Assembly: GCA_963845535.1 (NCBI GenBank)
Contig: CAWJSK010000012.1
Coordinates: 352,001-416,000 of the forward strand
Direction: 5' to 3'
DNA from: an uncultured Spirochaetota bacterium
GTDB taxonomy: Bacteria > Spirochaetota > Spirochaetia > SZUA-6 > Fen-1364
Length of the DNA: 64,000 nucleotides
Positions 18,370-29,729 of this stretch are shown here, piece after piece (position 1 is the stretch's first letter; each line of letters starts with the position of its first letter). The position numbers and the translations under genes were made by a program. Under the pieces are notes generated by a model. The model ran no database searches, had not been told where the DNA came from, and saw only the letters and a list, made by a program, of their open reading frames with translations.

Positions 18370-19785
18370 TCACCTTTGACCAGCGGCAAAGCGTACTTTC
18401 TGGCCTTGGGGACCGTCCTGCACCTCGATCCCGCGTTCGCGAAGGAGGGCCCGAATCTCATCCGAGCGCTTGTAATTGCCTGCCTTGCGAGCCAGCAGCC
18501 GCTCCTCGAGGAGCGCTTTGGCCTCTTCGTCCAGGTGCAGCTCCTCTTCCTTGGCCGAAGCGAGGTCCAGGTCGAATATCCTGTCCATGCGGAGCGCAAG
18601 CCCGAGCTTCTGCGCAGCGGGGACTTCGGCGTCCCTGAGCAAGGTCCACAGGTCAGCCAGGCAGCGCGGCATGTTCAAGTCATCCGTAAGGTGCGTCTCG
18701 AAATCCTTCAGATAATCCAGCGCCTTCCCTGAGGGCTCCTGCGGCCCGTGCGGCGCCTCTGCCTTGAGTTGGGCGATCCTCTCCATCAACCCGCGGCGAC
18801 TCGTCCGCGCCCCGTCCAGCCCCTCGAAGGTGAAGACGAGCTGCGTTCGATAATGCGCCCCCAGACAGAAGAACCTGAAATCCAGGGGGTCATATCCCTT
18901 CTCCGCAAGGGAGGACAGCGTGAGGAAGTTCCCTGCCGACTTGGCCATCTTCTCACGTCCCATGAGAAGGAACTCCCCGTGCAGCCAGTAGTTCACCCAC
19001 TTCTTGCCGGTGGCAGCCTCGGACTGGGCGATCTCATTGGTGTGATGGACGGGCACGTGGTCTATCCCGCCGCAATGAAGGTCGAAATGCTCCCCAAGAT
19101 ACTTCATGGACATGGCGCTGCACTCGATGTGCCATCCGGGGTAACCGCGGCCCCACGGGGAATCCCAGAGCATGGCCTGATGCTCGAACTTCGATTTCGT
19201 GAACCACAGGACGAAGTCGAATGGGTTCCTTTTGCCCTGGTCCACCACGACCCGGGCGCCAGCCCTGAGGTCCTGCTGGTCCAGCAGGGCGAGCTTGCCG
19301 TACTCAGGGAACCGCGCGATGTCGAAATAGAGGTTCCCGCCGGCGGAGTAGGTAAACCCGTTTGCCTCGATCCTGCGGATCAGGTCTATCATGTCCTGGA
19401 TGTGGTCCGTTGCCTTGCACACCACCGTGGGCATGGCGCACCGCAGAAGCGAGAAATCTCTGAAGAAAGCTTTGGTATAGAACTCCGCAATCTCCCAGAC
19501 CGTGCGGCCGGTCTCACGGGAGCTTTTGACCATCTTGTCCTCACCCTCGTCCGTGTCTCCCGTGAGGTGCCCAACGTCCGTAACGTTCATGACGTGTCTG
19601 ACCTGGTAGCCGCAGTACTCGAGGGTCTTGCGGAGGATGTCCTCGAAGACATATGAGCGAAGATTTCCGATGTGCGCGAAATTGTACACGGTAAGGCCGC
19701 AGGCGTACATTCCGACCTTTTTGTCGGTGATGGGCGCAAAAGTCTCCATCCGCCTGCCCATTGTATTGAAGAGTTTCAATTCCAC
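18370..19785 (-). CDS. cysS: Cysteine-tRNA ligase
   Basis: CGLTVY..AHIGN, PGWHIECSAM, HHTNE and KMAKS; GTG start after GGAGG. Confidence 0.96.
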   Translation of the reverse strand: MELKLFNTMGRRMETFAPITDKKVGMYACGLTVYNFAHIGNLRSYVFEDILRKTLEYCGYQVRHVMNVTDVGHLTGDTDEGEDKMVKSSRETGRTVWEIAEFYTKAFFRDFSLLRCAMPTVVCKATDHIQDMIDLIRRIEANGFTYSAGGNLYFDIARFPEYGKLALLDQQDLRAGARVVVDQGKRNPFDFVLWFTKSKFEHQAMLWDSPWGRGYPGWHIECSAMSMKYLGEHFDLHCGGIDHVPVHHTNEIAQSEAATGKKWVNYWLHGEFLLMGREKMAKSAGNFLTLSSLAEKGYDPLDFRFFCLGAHYRTQLVFTFEGLDGARTSRRGLMERIAQLKAEAPHGPQEPSGKALDYLKDFETHLTDDLNMPRCLADLWTLLRDAEVPAAQKLGLALRMDRIFDLDLASAKEEELHLDEEAKALLEERLLARKAGNYKRSDEIRALLRERGIEVQDGPQGQKVRFAAGQR

Positions 19786-19815
19786 GAAAGACCCTCCGCG
19801 GGAGTGTTTCCGGCG

Positions 19816-20772
19816 ATGAGTGTAGACCTTCGCCACCGCGACCGCTACTATTCTGGTCTCGTGGCAACAGTACGGGAATTGGAAGGGAAAATCAAGATCG
19901 ACGGCATTTTGCGCCGCTCGGAACCCATGCGGGAGCACACGAGCTTTCGTATTGGCGGCCCCGCGGACCTGTACCTGGCCCCGCGCTCCGCTGCCGAAGT
20001 TGCGCGGATCACCGCCGCATGCGCCAGAGAGTCCCTGCCCTGTTTCCTCCTAGGCGGTGGAACCAACATCCTCGTCTCCGACAAGGGGATCAGGGGCGTC
20101 GTTGTGGATCTCGGGGGCGTCGCCGGATGCAGCATGGAAGGGACCATCGTTTTCGCCCAGTGCGGAACGCTGATCTCAGACGTGGCGGCGCTTGCCAGGG
20201 ATCACCGCCTCTCGGGGCTGGAGTTCGCGTACGCGCTGCCGGGAAGCGTAGGCGGCGCGGTCTGGATGAACGCACGCTGCTATGACCGCCAGATGAGTGA
20301 CGTGCTCGAATACGTCGAGTTCCTGGATGCCCAAGGCGCCGTCCGACGTGAGAAGATCGACCCGGGCAAATGGGGCTACAAGATCTCACCGTTCCAGGCC
20401 GGCGGCAGGGTGATCCTGGGCGCCGGGATGCGGCTGGAGCACGGAGAGGCGCAAGCCATCTCCGCGGCCATGGAGGCGCACAGGGCGGACCGCGCGAAAA
20501 AGGGGCACTTCCTTCATCCGTGCGCGGGAAGCGTATTCAAGAACAACAGGGAGTTCGGGGCTCCCACGGGGAAGCTCATTGACTCCCTGGGGTTGAAGGG
20601 AAAGAAAATCGGTGGCGCGCAGATCGCGCCGTTTCACGGGAACATCATCATCAACATGGACCAGGCCACCGCGTCCGACGTGTTGTCCCTCATCCTCGTC
20701 ATGGAAGAGGAAGTCCAGAAAAGACTCGGGTTCCGCCTGGAAAGAGAAGTCCTCCTGGTCGGAGAGTGGTGA
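19816..20772 (+). CDS. murB: UDP-N-acetylmuramate dehydrogenase
   Basis: HTSFRIGGPA, LGGGTN, PGSVGGAVWMNA, AGSVFKN and LEREV. Confidence 0.95.
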   Translation: MSVDLRHRDRYYSGLVATVRELEGKIKIDGILRRSEPMREHTSFRIGGPADLYLAPRSAAEVARITAACARESLPCFLLGGGTNILVSDKGIRGVVVDLGGVAGCSMEGTIVFAQCGTLISDVAALARDHRLSGLEFAYALPGSVGGAVWMNARCYDRQMSDVLEYVEFLDAQGAVRREKIDPGKWGYKISPFQAGGRVILGAGMRLEHGEAQAISAAMEAHRADRAKKGHFLHPCAGSVFKNNREFGAPTGKLIDSLGLKGKKIGGAQIAPFHGNIIINMDQATASDVLSLILVMEEEVQKRLGFRLEREVLLVGEW

Positions 20773-20775
20773 GGC

Positions 20776-22106
20776 TCACGGCTCGGAGTGGGACCCCCAC
20801 AGGAGTGACAACCGCAGGCTCTTGCCGAAGTCCGGCGGCGTCGCGGCAAGCTTGAGCTCTTCGAGTCCTGCCGTGAGAGTCACGCGGAAGCTCTTCCGCG
20901 CAAGGCGCGCGGTGAAAAGAGCCGAAATCTCCTGAGCGCCTCCTTCGAGATGGAACACCGTCCCCTGGAAGCCAGCAAGTGACCCGTGATGGTCGAGCGT
21001 GGCTTCCATGCTCACGCGCGCTGAAATCCCCTGCGTGCCATCACACCCAAAGCCGGACTCGAAAGTGAACGGCGACACGCGAAGGGTGGCCGCTGCCGCG
21101 CAGCGGGACGTGGAGTCCTGATCTCCGTCCGATTCCCCGTGAACGATCCTCCCGCCTTCCACGCGAGCCCTCAAGAGAGCCTGCTCGGTTGTTGCGAGAA
21201 CCTTCTCCACGGTAAAGCTCGCCTCCGTCCGGTCCGCCAGAAAAGGACGCGGGGAGAACTCCGGCTGGCGCACGGACCGTGAGAGTCGCAGGTCCGCGCG
21301 TCCGCCCTCGGTCTCCACAAGGAGCGCTCCTGAGACGAGTGAGGCATCCCGCGGACGTTCCCCGCGCGGGGAGCAGTACGCGCTGTCAGCTTTCGCAAAG
21401 AGCAGAAACAGCCTGAAAGGCTCCACCCTCATTCCAAGTGCACGTGCAGGAACGCCCCGGGGAGGCACGTTTCCCCCGAAGATGCGCCGAACGTTGCCGC
21501 CGCCGCAAACGGCTGGCTGTCAAAGACGAACCGCGCGGCTCCGCAGAGCACCTTCCCGCCCGCAAACGGAACGCGGTCCGTGATCCACTCTTCTCCCCGG
21601 GAGCCGCGGGGAGGCGCCGAAAGGGAAACGAAGCTTTCAAAGCTCATGCCGGGTCTCTGAAAAACACTTGCCATGCAGCCCGCCCATTCCCCGCCGCCCG
21701 AAAGCTGCTCACAGAAAACCCCGAGCGTCCGAGGGAGAGGCATCAGGAGAATCCCCTCCTGCTGACGCGGAAAAGAGGCGTCCAGGATGAACCCTGAGCG
21801 CTCGACAAAAACGTCGCTTCCGGCCTGGAACCCCATTGGGTTCCAGGCTTCGCGAAGGATCCCAGCGGGGGACAGGGGTCCAACCCGAAGCCAGGGGCAG
21901 GAAAGCCCCGCCAGCACCTCAGCAGAGGCGTCAGCGGCCGGCTGGCAGCCGGCAGCGGTAAGGCGATAATCTCCGCTTCGAAGGTCGAAGCGCAGCGTCA
22001 GGTCCTGCCTCCAGTCGAACGCGGAGGAGATGTCGACAGAAAGCGGCGACGCGGCGACGCGCCAGCAGCACAGGAGGAAGAAGACGCACAGGCGGGCAGC
22101 GGCCAT
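20776..22106 (-). CDS. Exported hypothetical protein, probably one gene split by a frameshift near 21436
   Basis: ORFs 21429-22106 (signal peptide) and 20776-21468 overlap and join with one extra base. Confidence 0.5.
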
Positions 22107-22293
22107 CGGTAAAAGTACGAGGGCGCGGAGCCCGGCGCTTGCGCGCGCCTGACGGCCGGGGGTTGCCGCAGCGCGTTACTGCCGGGCGATCGCTCGGGTC
22201 GCTTGACCTGCGTGCACATTGCGGATATCACTCTTGAGGCGATTGCGAGGCATGGCCCCGGGGCGCTGTGCTGCGAATGAAAGGGACCTTCCA

Positions 22294-23634
22294 ATGGACA
22301 TATTGACTCTCAACTGCGGCAGCTCGTCGCTCAAGTACCAGCTCTATCGATGGGAAGAGCGCGACGTCCTCGCTTCCGGCATCGTCGAACGGGTCACCGT
22401 CGGCGGCTCGTTCATCAACCACTACTCCAAGAGAATAGGAAAGAAGATCAAGAAGGAGCATGACTGCCCCAACCACAAAGAGGCAATCGAGCTGATCGTC
22501 TCCACGCTGCTGGACCCTGAGGTGGGAGCCATCACCACCTTGTCGGACATCAAGGCCGTGGGGCACCGCGTGGTGCACGGCGGGGACAAGTTCGCCAAAT
22601 CCGTGATCATCGATGATAGTGCGCTGTCCACGTTCCGAGAGCTCTCCGATCTGGCGCCCCTGCACAACCCTCCCAACATCACCGGCATCGAAGCCGCGCG
22701 GGAAGTGCTTCCCGACGTCCCCCACTGCGCCATCATGGACACGGCGTGGCACCAGACCATGCCGGCAACCTCATTCATGTATGCGCTGCCGTACGCGTGG
22801 TATGAGAACTACCGGGTGCGCCGCTACGGCTTCCACGGCACCTCGTTCCTGTACGTCGCCAAGCGGGCTGCTGTCCTGCTTGGCAAGAACCCTTTCGCCA
22901 CCAACCTCGTCTGTTTCCACATCGGCAACGGCTCCAGCGCCAACGCTGTAAAGAACGGCGTGTCCCTGGACACCTCCATGGGGTTCACGCCCCTGGAAGG
23001 CCTGGTCATGGGCACGCGCGCCGGTGACCACGACGCCACTATCGGCTTCTACGTCATGCGCAAGGAGGGGCTGCGCCCTGAGGCCATGGAGAGCATCCTC
23101 AACCGCAAGAGCGGCGTGCTAGGGATTACGGAGAAGTACACGGACAGGCGTGATATCGAGACGGGCGCCTGCGGCGGGGATGAGCGCTGCCAGCTCGCCC
23201 TCGACCTGGAGGGCTACCGGCTGAAGAAGTATCTCGGCGCTTACTACGCGGCGCTCGGCAGGGTTGACGCCGTGGTCTTCACTGCAGGGGTCGGTGAGCG
23301 CGGTCCCATCACGCGGGAGAAGTGCCTGGAAGGTCTGGAGGACATGGGGATCGTCCTCGACAAGCGGAAAAACGAAATCTCCATGACACGAAACGCGGAA
23401 ACGGAGATCACGGGAGCGGGCTCCAAGGTGCGCATCTTCGTGATCCCGACGGATGAAGAGCTGGTCATGACGGAGGATACGCACGCCCTCATAGAAGGGA
23501 CGTACGACGTCCATACGAACTTCACCTATTCGTTCCAGGCAAGGAATTATTCCAACAGGTCCCGGGAGGAAATGCTGAAGTCCGAGCTTTCGGAGAAGAA
23601 GGCCCTCGCGGAGGTCATTGCACGGCCCCGTTAA
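22294..23634 (+). CDS. ackA: Acetate kinase
   Basis: [33 protein letters not shown] and PTDEEL. Confidence 0.96.
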   Translation: MDILTLNCGSSSLKYQLYRWEERDVLASGIVERVTVGGSFINHYSKRIGKKIKKEHDCPNHKEAIELIVSTLLDPEVGAITTLSDIKAVGHRVVHGGDKFAKSVIIDDSALSTFRELSDLAPLHNPPNITGIEAAREVLPDVPHCAIMDTAWHQTMPATSFMYALPYAWYENYRVRRYGFHGTSFLYVAKRAAVLLGKNPFATNLVCFHIGNGSSANAVKNGVSLDTSMGFTPLEGLVMGTRAGDHDATIGFYVMRKEGLRPEAMESILNRKSGVLGITEKYTDRRDIETGACGGDERCQLALDLEGYRLKKYLGAYYAALGRVDAVVFTAGVGERGPITREKCLEGLEDMGIVLDKRKNEISMTRNAETEITGAGSKVRIFVIPTDEELVMTEDTHALIEGTYDVHTNFTYSFQARNYSNRSREEMLKSELSEKKALAEVIARPR

Positions 23635-23644
23635 GGAGCCCCTG

Positions 23645-24730
23645 ATGCACGCGTACTTCACACGGAAGAAACCGCTCATAGCGCGCGAGCTGCGGCGCTT
23701 GCTGGAATCCCGCAGCGCCGAGCTGGGGCACATCAACGGATGGGGCCCTGACATGGTGGGGAGGTTCCTCTCCTTCTGCCTCAGGGGGAAGATGATCCGC
23801 GGCGGCCTCCTTGTGCTGGCGTGGGACATGCACGCCCGGCGCCGGGCGTCCGGCGCTGCGTCCGGCTCGGCCCCGCGCGACGTGCTCCAGGCGGCCGCGG
23901 CCGTGGAGGTGCTGCACTCCTCCCTCCTGATCCATGACGACATCATGGACAACGACCGCCTGCGGCGGGGAGAAAGGACCATCTTCGCCCAGTACGAGCA
24001 GGCGGGGCGCCGCGCCCGCGCGGCTGACCCGGCCGCGTTCGGCCGTTCCATGGGGACCTGCGCGGGAGACGCCGGCTACTTTCTGGCCGTCGACGCCCTG
24101 GCCAGGCTGACCCTTGCCGCCCCGCGCAAGGCTTCCCTCATCGGCCTGATCTCTCGCGAGCTGACCTACGTCGCCGTGGCGCAGATGCAGGACCTGGCGT
24201 TCGCTGCGTCGCCGCGGACCCCTTCGCGCGAAGAGGTGCTGTCCCTCTACCTGTACAAGACGGCCCGCTACACCTTCTCCCTGCCCCTCATGGCCGGGGC
24301 GTTGATGGCGGGAGCCTCCCCCGAAGTTCAGCGGCGCCTGGGCGAGCTGGGGGAACGTCTGGGGGTGATCTTCCAGGTGCGCGACGATGAGATGGGGATC
24401 TTCGGCTCGGAGAAGCAGACGGGAAAGCCGGTGGGCTCGGACATCCGCGAAGGCAAGAAGACGCTCCTCTACCTGGAGCTGCTGCGGAGGGCGCGGGGCG
24501 CGCGCAAGCGCGAGTTGGCGGGACTGTTCGGAAAGCCCGGCCTGACCGCCGCCCAGTCGCGCCAGGTGGGTGAGGCCATCGAATCCCTCGGCGCGCGAAA
24601 GACAATGCAGGAGCTTGCCGCGGAGCTTGCCGCGGAGGCGCGCGCCATCATCGAGTCTCTCCCCATTCGCCCGGAGCATGCCAGAGTCCTCAACGAGATC
24701 TGTGACGGGAGCCTCCGCAGAAAGCGCTGA
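23645..24730 (+). CDS. Polyprenyl/geranylgeranyl diphosphate synthase
   Basis: GKMIR, LIHDDIMD..RRG, KT, FQVRDD and GSDIREGKKT. Confidence 0.92.
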   Translation: MHAYFTRKKPLIARELRRLLESRSAELGHINGWGPDMVGRFLSFCLRGKMIRGGLLVLAWDMHARRRASGAASGSAPRDVLQAAAAVEVLHSSLLIHDDIMDNDRLRRGERTIFAQYEQAGRRARAADPAAFGRSMGTCAGDAGYFLAVDALARLTLAAPRKASLIGLISRELTYVAVAQMQDLAFAASPRTPSREEVLSLYLYKTARYTFSLPLMAGALMAGASPEVQRRLGELGERLGVIFQVRDDEMGIFGSEKQTGKPVGSDIREGKKTLLYLELLRRARGARKRELAGLFGKPGLTAAQSRQVGEAIESLGARKTMQELAAELAAEARAIIESLPIRPEHARVLNEICDGSLRRKR

Positions 24731-24794
24731 GCCCGGAAAAATTGACTTCCCCGCCCCGTGATCCTGCCTTACATTGAAGAAAAAGGAGAAGCCA

Positions 24795-25814
24795 ATGGCG
24801 AACCTGTCGACTCACTTCATGGGGCTTACACTCGAAAACCCGATCATTGCCGGAGCAAGCGACCTCACATCGAACATGGACAGCATCAAGCGCATTGAGC
24901 AAGCGGGAGCGGGCGCCGTGGTGCTGAAAAGCCTTTTCGAGGAGCAGGTCCAGCTCGAACGCTACAAGCTGGAGGAGGACCTGCATTCCTCTGACAACTT
25001 CTACTCGGAAATGACGAGCATTTTCCCGAAGATGGAGCACGCCGGTCCGAAAGAGCACCTCATGTGGGTGAAGAAGGCCAAGGAGGCCGTGCGGATCCCC
25101 GTCATTGCGAGCCTCAACGCCGTGGAACCGAAAACCTGGGTCGAGTACGCGCGGCATCTGACGGACCAGGGCGTGGACGGCCTGGAGCTGAACTTCTTCG
25201 CGACCCCGCGTGATTTCTCCACCTCATCGACGCAGGTCGAGGATGAGCAGCTCGATGCAGTGCGCTCCATCCGCCAGGCGGTGTCCACTCCGCTCGCCGT
25301 CAAGCTCAGCATGTTCTACTCCAATCCGCTGCACTTCATTGCCGAGCTGGACAACGAGGGGATCAGCGCCCTGGTGCTCTTCAACCGGCTCTTCCAGCCC
25401 GACATCAACGTGGATTCCCAGAGCATGGCCCTCCCCTTCAACTTCTCCGCGCAGGCTGACAACCGCCTGCCGCTGAGGTTCGCGGGGCTCCTGCATGGAA
25501 AAGTGAAAGCCGACGTCTGCGCGAGCACGGGCATCATGACGGGCAAGGACGTGGCCAAGATGATCCTTGCGGGCGCGTGCGCGGTCCAGGTGGTGACGGC
25601 TCTGTACAGGAACGGGGTGAAATCCCTGGCAGTCATGCGGGAGGAGCTGGACCGGTGGATGGACGGCAAATCCTACGCGAACCTGGAAAGCTTCCGTGGG
25701 AAGCTCTCCGCGGAGAATACCACCGACCCGTGGGCGTATACGCGGGCCCAGTATGCCAAGATGCTGCTCAATCCGAAGGAGTTCACGGAGCCTGTAGGCG
25801 CGCAGGGAGCGTAA
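24795..25814 (+). CDS. Dihydroorotate dehydrogenase-like flavoprotein
   Basis: NPIIAGAS, KSLFEE, LELN, VKLS and LFNR; lacks the PyrD SCPN catalytic loop. Confidence 0.85.
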   Translation: MANLSTHFMGLTLENPIIAGASDLTSNMDSIKRIEQAGAGAVVLKSLFEEQVQLERYKLEEDLHSSDNFYSEMTSIFPKMEHAGPKEHLMWVKKAKEAVRIPVIASLNAVEPKTWVEYARHLTDQGVDGLELNFFATPRDFSTSSTQVEDEQLDAVRSIRQAVSTPLAVKLSMFYSNPLHFIAELDNEGISALVLFNRLFQPDINVDSQSMALPFNFSAQADNRLPLRFAGLLHGKVKADVCASTGIMTGKDVAKMILAGACAVQVVTALYRNGVKSLAVMREELDRWMDGKSYANLESFRGKLSAENTTDPWAYTRAQYAKMLLNPKEFTEPVGAQGA

Positions 25815-25865
25815 GCTCACCGAAGGCGGTAGGCACGGGCTGAGCCCTCACGCTACTCTCTGGGC

Positions 25866-27083
25866 ATGAAACGCGACACCATGCTCGTTGCGGGAGTGGC
25901 GGTCATTGCGCTGTTCTTGTTCTTCAACCCCTTGCAGCTCTTCAAAGGAGCCGCCAAGGGAACGCGCAGGCCGCAGCTCCCGCAGTCTTCGCTTGAGCAG
26001 CTCGTCGCGTTCGCCGAGTCGCACCACCAGTCCCCTGCAGACTACATCATCGGAAGGTTTGCATCACACGACATCGTCTTCCTGGGGGAGTTCTACAAGA
26101 TCCGTCAGAACGTCCAGCTCGTCTCCTCGCTGATCCCGCGGCTGTACGCAGCCGGCGTTCGTACGCTGGGGATCGAGTATGCGTTGTCCGACGACCAGAA
26201 GGAGATCGACTCCCAGGTTACCGCTCCTGCCTGGGATGAGACCAGGGCCAGGACCATCGTTTTCAACTGGATCGTAACCTGGGGATTCCAGGAGTACGTC
26301 GACATTTTCAAGGCGGCCTGGCAGCTCAATCACGCGCTCCCCGCGGGGGCGCGGCCGTTTCGTGTCCTGGCCTTGAGCGTGCGGCAGAACTGGCAGTATC
26401 TGACCACGGAAAAGGATGCGCGTGATCCCGCAGTCGTTGCCCGCTTGTTCGCCAACGGCGTGCCCGACGCGCACATGGCGGACGTGATCGAACGCGAGCT
26501 GGTGGCCAAAGGGGAGAAAGGGCTCATGTACTGCGGGATGCAGCACGCTTTCACGGCGCATCGCAGTGCCGAATATGAGAAGAACGCGACAAGCCTGAAG
26601 CTTTCGGAGACTCGGCGCGCCGGAAACATCGTATACGCAAAGATCGGCGCCCGGGCTTTCTCAATCGCCCTTCATGCGCCCTGGCCGGATGACGGGTCTT
26701 CCACTGGGCTCACGTGGGCCGCTGATGGCGCGATCGACAACCTGATTGCCGCTCTTCCCCCGGAGGACCAGAGCGCCGGCTTCGACACGGCGGGCACGCC
26801 CATCGGCGCACTGGCCGTCACCTCCGGCTCTTTTTCGCGTGACGCCGGCCCGGGAACCACCCTTACCGTCGCAGACTTGTTCGACGGCTACGTCATCCAG
26901 GGCCCTCTTGTCGGGTACAAGGCGGTCACCCCAATTGCGGACTTCGTGACGCCGGCGGAGGCGCCCAGGGCGCTGGCGGAGTTCCCGGGAGCCAAGCCCC
27001 CCTCCCTTACGGCGCAGCAAGCCAACCAGGCAATCGCGGATGATGCCGCGGCCGTCCAGAAGCTGCTCGAGCAGTTCCGGTAG
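25866..27083 (+). CDS. Membrane-anchored EreA/ChaN/TIKI-like protein
   Basis: N-terminal TM; DIVFLGE, LGIEY and CGMQH motifs. Confidence 0.5.
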   Translation: MKRDTMLVAGVAVIALFLFFNPLQLFKGAAKGTRRPQLPQSSLEQLVAFAESHHQSPADYIIGRFASHDIVFLGEFYKIRQNVQLVSSLIPRLYAAGVRTLGIEYALSDDQKEIDSQVTAPAWDETRARTIVFNWIVTWGFQEYVDIFKAAWQLNHALPAGARPFRVLALSVRQNWQYLTTEKDARDPAVVARLFANGVPDAHMADVIERELVAKGEKGLMYCGMQHAFTAHRSAEYEKNATSLKLSETRRAGNIVYAKIGARAFSIALHAPWPDDGSSTGLTWAADGAIDNLIAALPPEDQSAGFDTAGTPIGALAVTSGSFSRDAGPGTTLTVADLFDGYVIQGPLVGYKAVTPIADFVTPAEAPRALAEFPGAKPPSLTAQQANQAIADDAAAVQKLLEQFR

Positions 27084-27095
27084 GAGCGGGGCACC

Positions 27096-27836
27096 GTGGG
27101 CCAGGCGCTCAAAATCCTGCATGAGGACCCTGCCCTGGTGATCGTTGAGAAGCCCGCGGGAGTCCATACGGCGCCGCTTTCAGAAGGAGAACCGGATACC
27201 CTCCTTGCGCTCGTTCTTGTATCATTTCCCGAGATTTCCTCCATGCCAGGGATCAAGCCCTCCGAGCATGGGCTCCTGCACAGGCTGGACAGGGACACCT
27301 CCGGCGTCGTAGTCATTGCGCGCACTCCAGAAGCGTTCGCGGCATTGCGGCAGCAGTTTGCCGCGTTCCAGGTCGAAAAAGAGTACGACGCCGCGTGCCT
27401 GAATCAGACGGAGAAGGAAGCGGGTGAAAGCTTCACAATCCAGAGCCGGTTCGCCGCGGAGGGACCGGGCAGACGCAGGGTGCGCGTCGTGCCTGATGAG
27501 ACGAACCGAAAGCTGCTCAGGGAAGCCACCAGCAGCGTTTACCAGACCGGGGTCAAGCTCGAACGATTGAGCGGGGACCGGGCTCTCGTGAGGGTAGTGA
27601 TACGCAAAGGCTTCCGCCACCAGATACGGGCACACCTGGCGTTTGCGGGTCTCCCGATCTTCGGTGATGCGCTCTACGGCGGGCCGTCTCCCCCCGAGGC
27701 TACCCAGCGGATGTATCTCCACGCCCGCGGGATCTCGTTCATCCACCCCGTCACGGGCAAAGCGCTCACTGTCTCCTCGGAGCTGCCGCAGGCGTTCGAA
27801 GAAATCATGGGCTCAGGTAGGACCGCAACGCGCTGA
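27096..27836 (+). CDS. RluA-family pseudouridine synthase
   Basis: EKPAG, HRLDRDTSG, GFRHQIRAHL, GDALYG and YLHA. Confidence 0.93.
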   Translation: MGQALKILHEDPALVIVEKPAGVHTAPLSEGEPDTLLALVLVSFPEISSMPGIKPSEHGLLHRLDRDTSGVVVIARTPEAFAALRQQFAAFQVEKEYDAACLNQTEKEAGESFTIQSRFAAEGPGRRRVRVVPDETNRKLLREATSSVYQTGVKLERLSGDRALVRVVIRKGFRHQIRAHLAFAGLPIFGDALYGGPSPPEATQRMYLHARGISFIHPVTGKALTVSSELPQAFEEIMGSGRTATR

Positions 27837-28197
27837 GAGAATCAGGAGCGCGTACCCCACGACGTGGACCGTCTCCGCCCCGGCGACCACGCTCACGGTC
27901 ACGATCCCCACCTTGAGCACTACGATTTCGACCGGGAGGCACAAAAGCGAAGTTTCGGAAGCCCTCAGAAGACTCAAGGGTCTGAACAAGCCAAAGCCCC
28001 AGTCTGAATGCCCGGATCGCTGAGTGACGGTAGGTAACGCGTTCCCTGCAGAACCAGCTTGAGCCAGAGAAGGATCCGCCGTCGCAGGCAAAACCGAAAA
28101 ACTGGAGTCTGAAAGTTTCATCGCGACGGGAAGGCAAGGCCCGGCCGACTTGACTCGCAAAGCAAGCCGACCGGGCGGCGTAATCAGGGAAGCTGTT

Positions 28198-28782
28198 CTA
28201 CAGTGATAAGGCTACACCTGCAGAAAGATCCATTCTCGTGTAAAGGACATTCAAAGTGAGGCCCGAGTTAGAGCCCGAACCATTGTCCGCTGAGTATGTG
28301 CCTTCCGCAAAGATTGATACCTTTCCAAAACGCAGATCAATCCCACCGCCCAAGCCATAGTAAATCCCGCCTGATAATGACCAACTGCCGGCAAAGGTGG
28401 AATCTCCTGAGAATAAGCCATAACCAATTCGACCAATTGCGTAGGGCGTTAGAGGGCCAATGTCAAAGGGAACTCGCACGACACCGTAGAGAGGTACAAA
28501 CTCGAAGTTACCAGCATAAAGGGTTTGTTGACGCCCAAACTCGTACTCAAGTCCAGCTCCCAGCTGAAGATTCCGAAGAATCTTAAAGAGTCCCTCAGCC
28601 CCAATGGAAAAACCGTTGTTCACAGCTGTATTTGCGGTTATACCAAGAATTGAGGCATTGTAGTTGCCCGCCAACTGGCCCGCAAACCGAGCCCTCAGCA
28701 TGAAGCCATCTGCGGAGACTGACGTGCTGATGAAGCACCCCAGCAGGAGTGCGATGGCAATAGATAGACCGACTTTCCTCAT
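28198..28782 (-). CDS. Outer-membrane beta-barrel protein (8-stranded type, lower GC)
   Basis: Signal peptide, alternating amphipathic strands (PYAIGRIGYG, YYGLGGGIDL); AGGAGG RBS. Confidence 0.75.
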   Translation of the reverse strand: MRKVGLSIAIALLLGCFISTSVSADGFMLRARFAGQLAGNYNASILGITANTAVNNGFSIGAEGLFKILRNLQLGAGLEYEFGRQQTLYAGNFEFVPLYGVVRVPFDIGPLTPYAIGRIGYGLFSGDSTFAGSWSLSGGIYYGLGGGIDLRFGKVSIFAEGTYSADNGSGSNSGLTLNVLYTRMDLSAGVALSL

Positions 28783-28984
28783 GTTCTTTTTCCTCCTTGA
28801 GTAGAAATGAAATCTGTGTTGCGAGACCGAAACCTTATGGATGGTCGGAAACCCGGCCATTTTCAAAGATTTCTCTATTTATACGTCTAATCCCCAAAAA
28901 GTGCAAGAAAAAAAGCTTGACTTGGCCAAAAGAGTAAATATAGTGAGAGAGAACAAATATCTCTAAAATCAAAGAAGAGAAGGC

Positions 28985-29544
28985 ATGAGGAAACTCTCAG
29001 GTTTCATCTTTGCAACTTCCACTGCACTGCTTGCGTTCGCTCTGTTTGCCTGTGCAACAACGTCAATCGACACGAACAAAGATGCGGCCAATATCAAGCC
29101 GATTGGCAAGACCCTCATCGCAGTGAATACAGGCGATGTTAGCTATTTCGGCATAACGGCTCCAAAAGTCGCTCCGTATTTGTCAGATAACTTTGAGAAG
29201 GGCCTGAAGCAACGAAATATCGAGGCAAAGGGCATACAGCTAAGCGGACTTGAACTTGGCGAGAACTCCTTGCAAAAGCAGCTACAGGCGTATGGCGCTA
29301 CAACCGTGATGTCAATTGAACTGACCGATGGCACTGTAAAACGAACAACGCCCTCATAATGGGGAACGTCATCGTATCGATCTATGATGTTGCCCTCGAC
29401 AAAACAGTTTGGAAAGCTAAGATTCACTTGCAAGCATCGGGCATCATGGGGGTTGTTACCGGGGACCAACTGGACGACTTTATCAGCAAAGTCATTGACG
29501 CGATGACGACGGACGGGTTGTTGCTTGCACCAGCCAATAAATAA
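28985..29544 (+). CDS. Hypothetical lipoprotein, split by a frameshift at AAAA 29338-29341
   Basis: Lipobox LFAC; ORFs 28985-29359 and 29359-29544 join with one extra A. Confidence 0.6.
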
Positions 29545-29729
29545 GAAAAGGTGAGATTTCCGCTTTCAGGCATTCTATGAGAAGTCCATTCGGGAATGCG
29601 GAAGCGTCCTGATCGGGTCCTTTTGCTATTGGGAAGTGGGCGGGGCGGAAAGCTGAAGCCCCGCTCTCATGTGTGCGAGTTCCGAAGTGCGAGACGCCAA
29701 TAGGTGGGGTTGTGGAGGCATAACATGGA

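Noticed and set aside
23119..24679. Long antisense ORFs, here and opposite many genes (e.g. 2320-3750, 30601-31713, 59857-60954)
   Set aside because: Shadow frames of high-GC genes with no recognisable motifs
24795..25814. Calling this gene pyrD
   Set aside because: The catalytic SCPN loop is absent; it fits the DHOD-like subfamily instead
27837..28197. Possible riboswitch or ncRNA (GGCAAAACC...GAAA) after rluA
   Set aside because: The c-di-GMP-I stem pattern could not be completed and no co-directional gene follows; an Rfam scan would be needed
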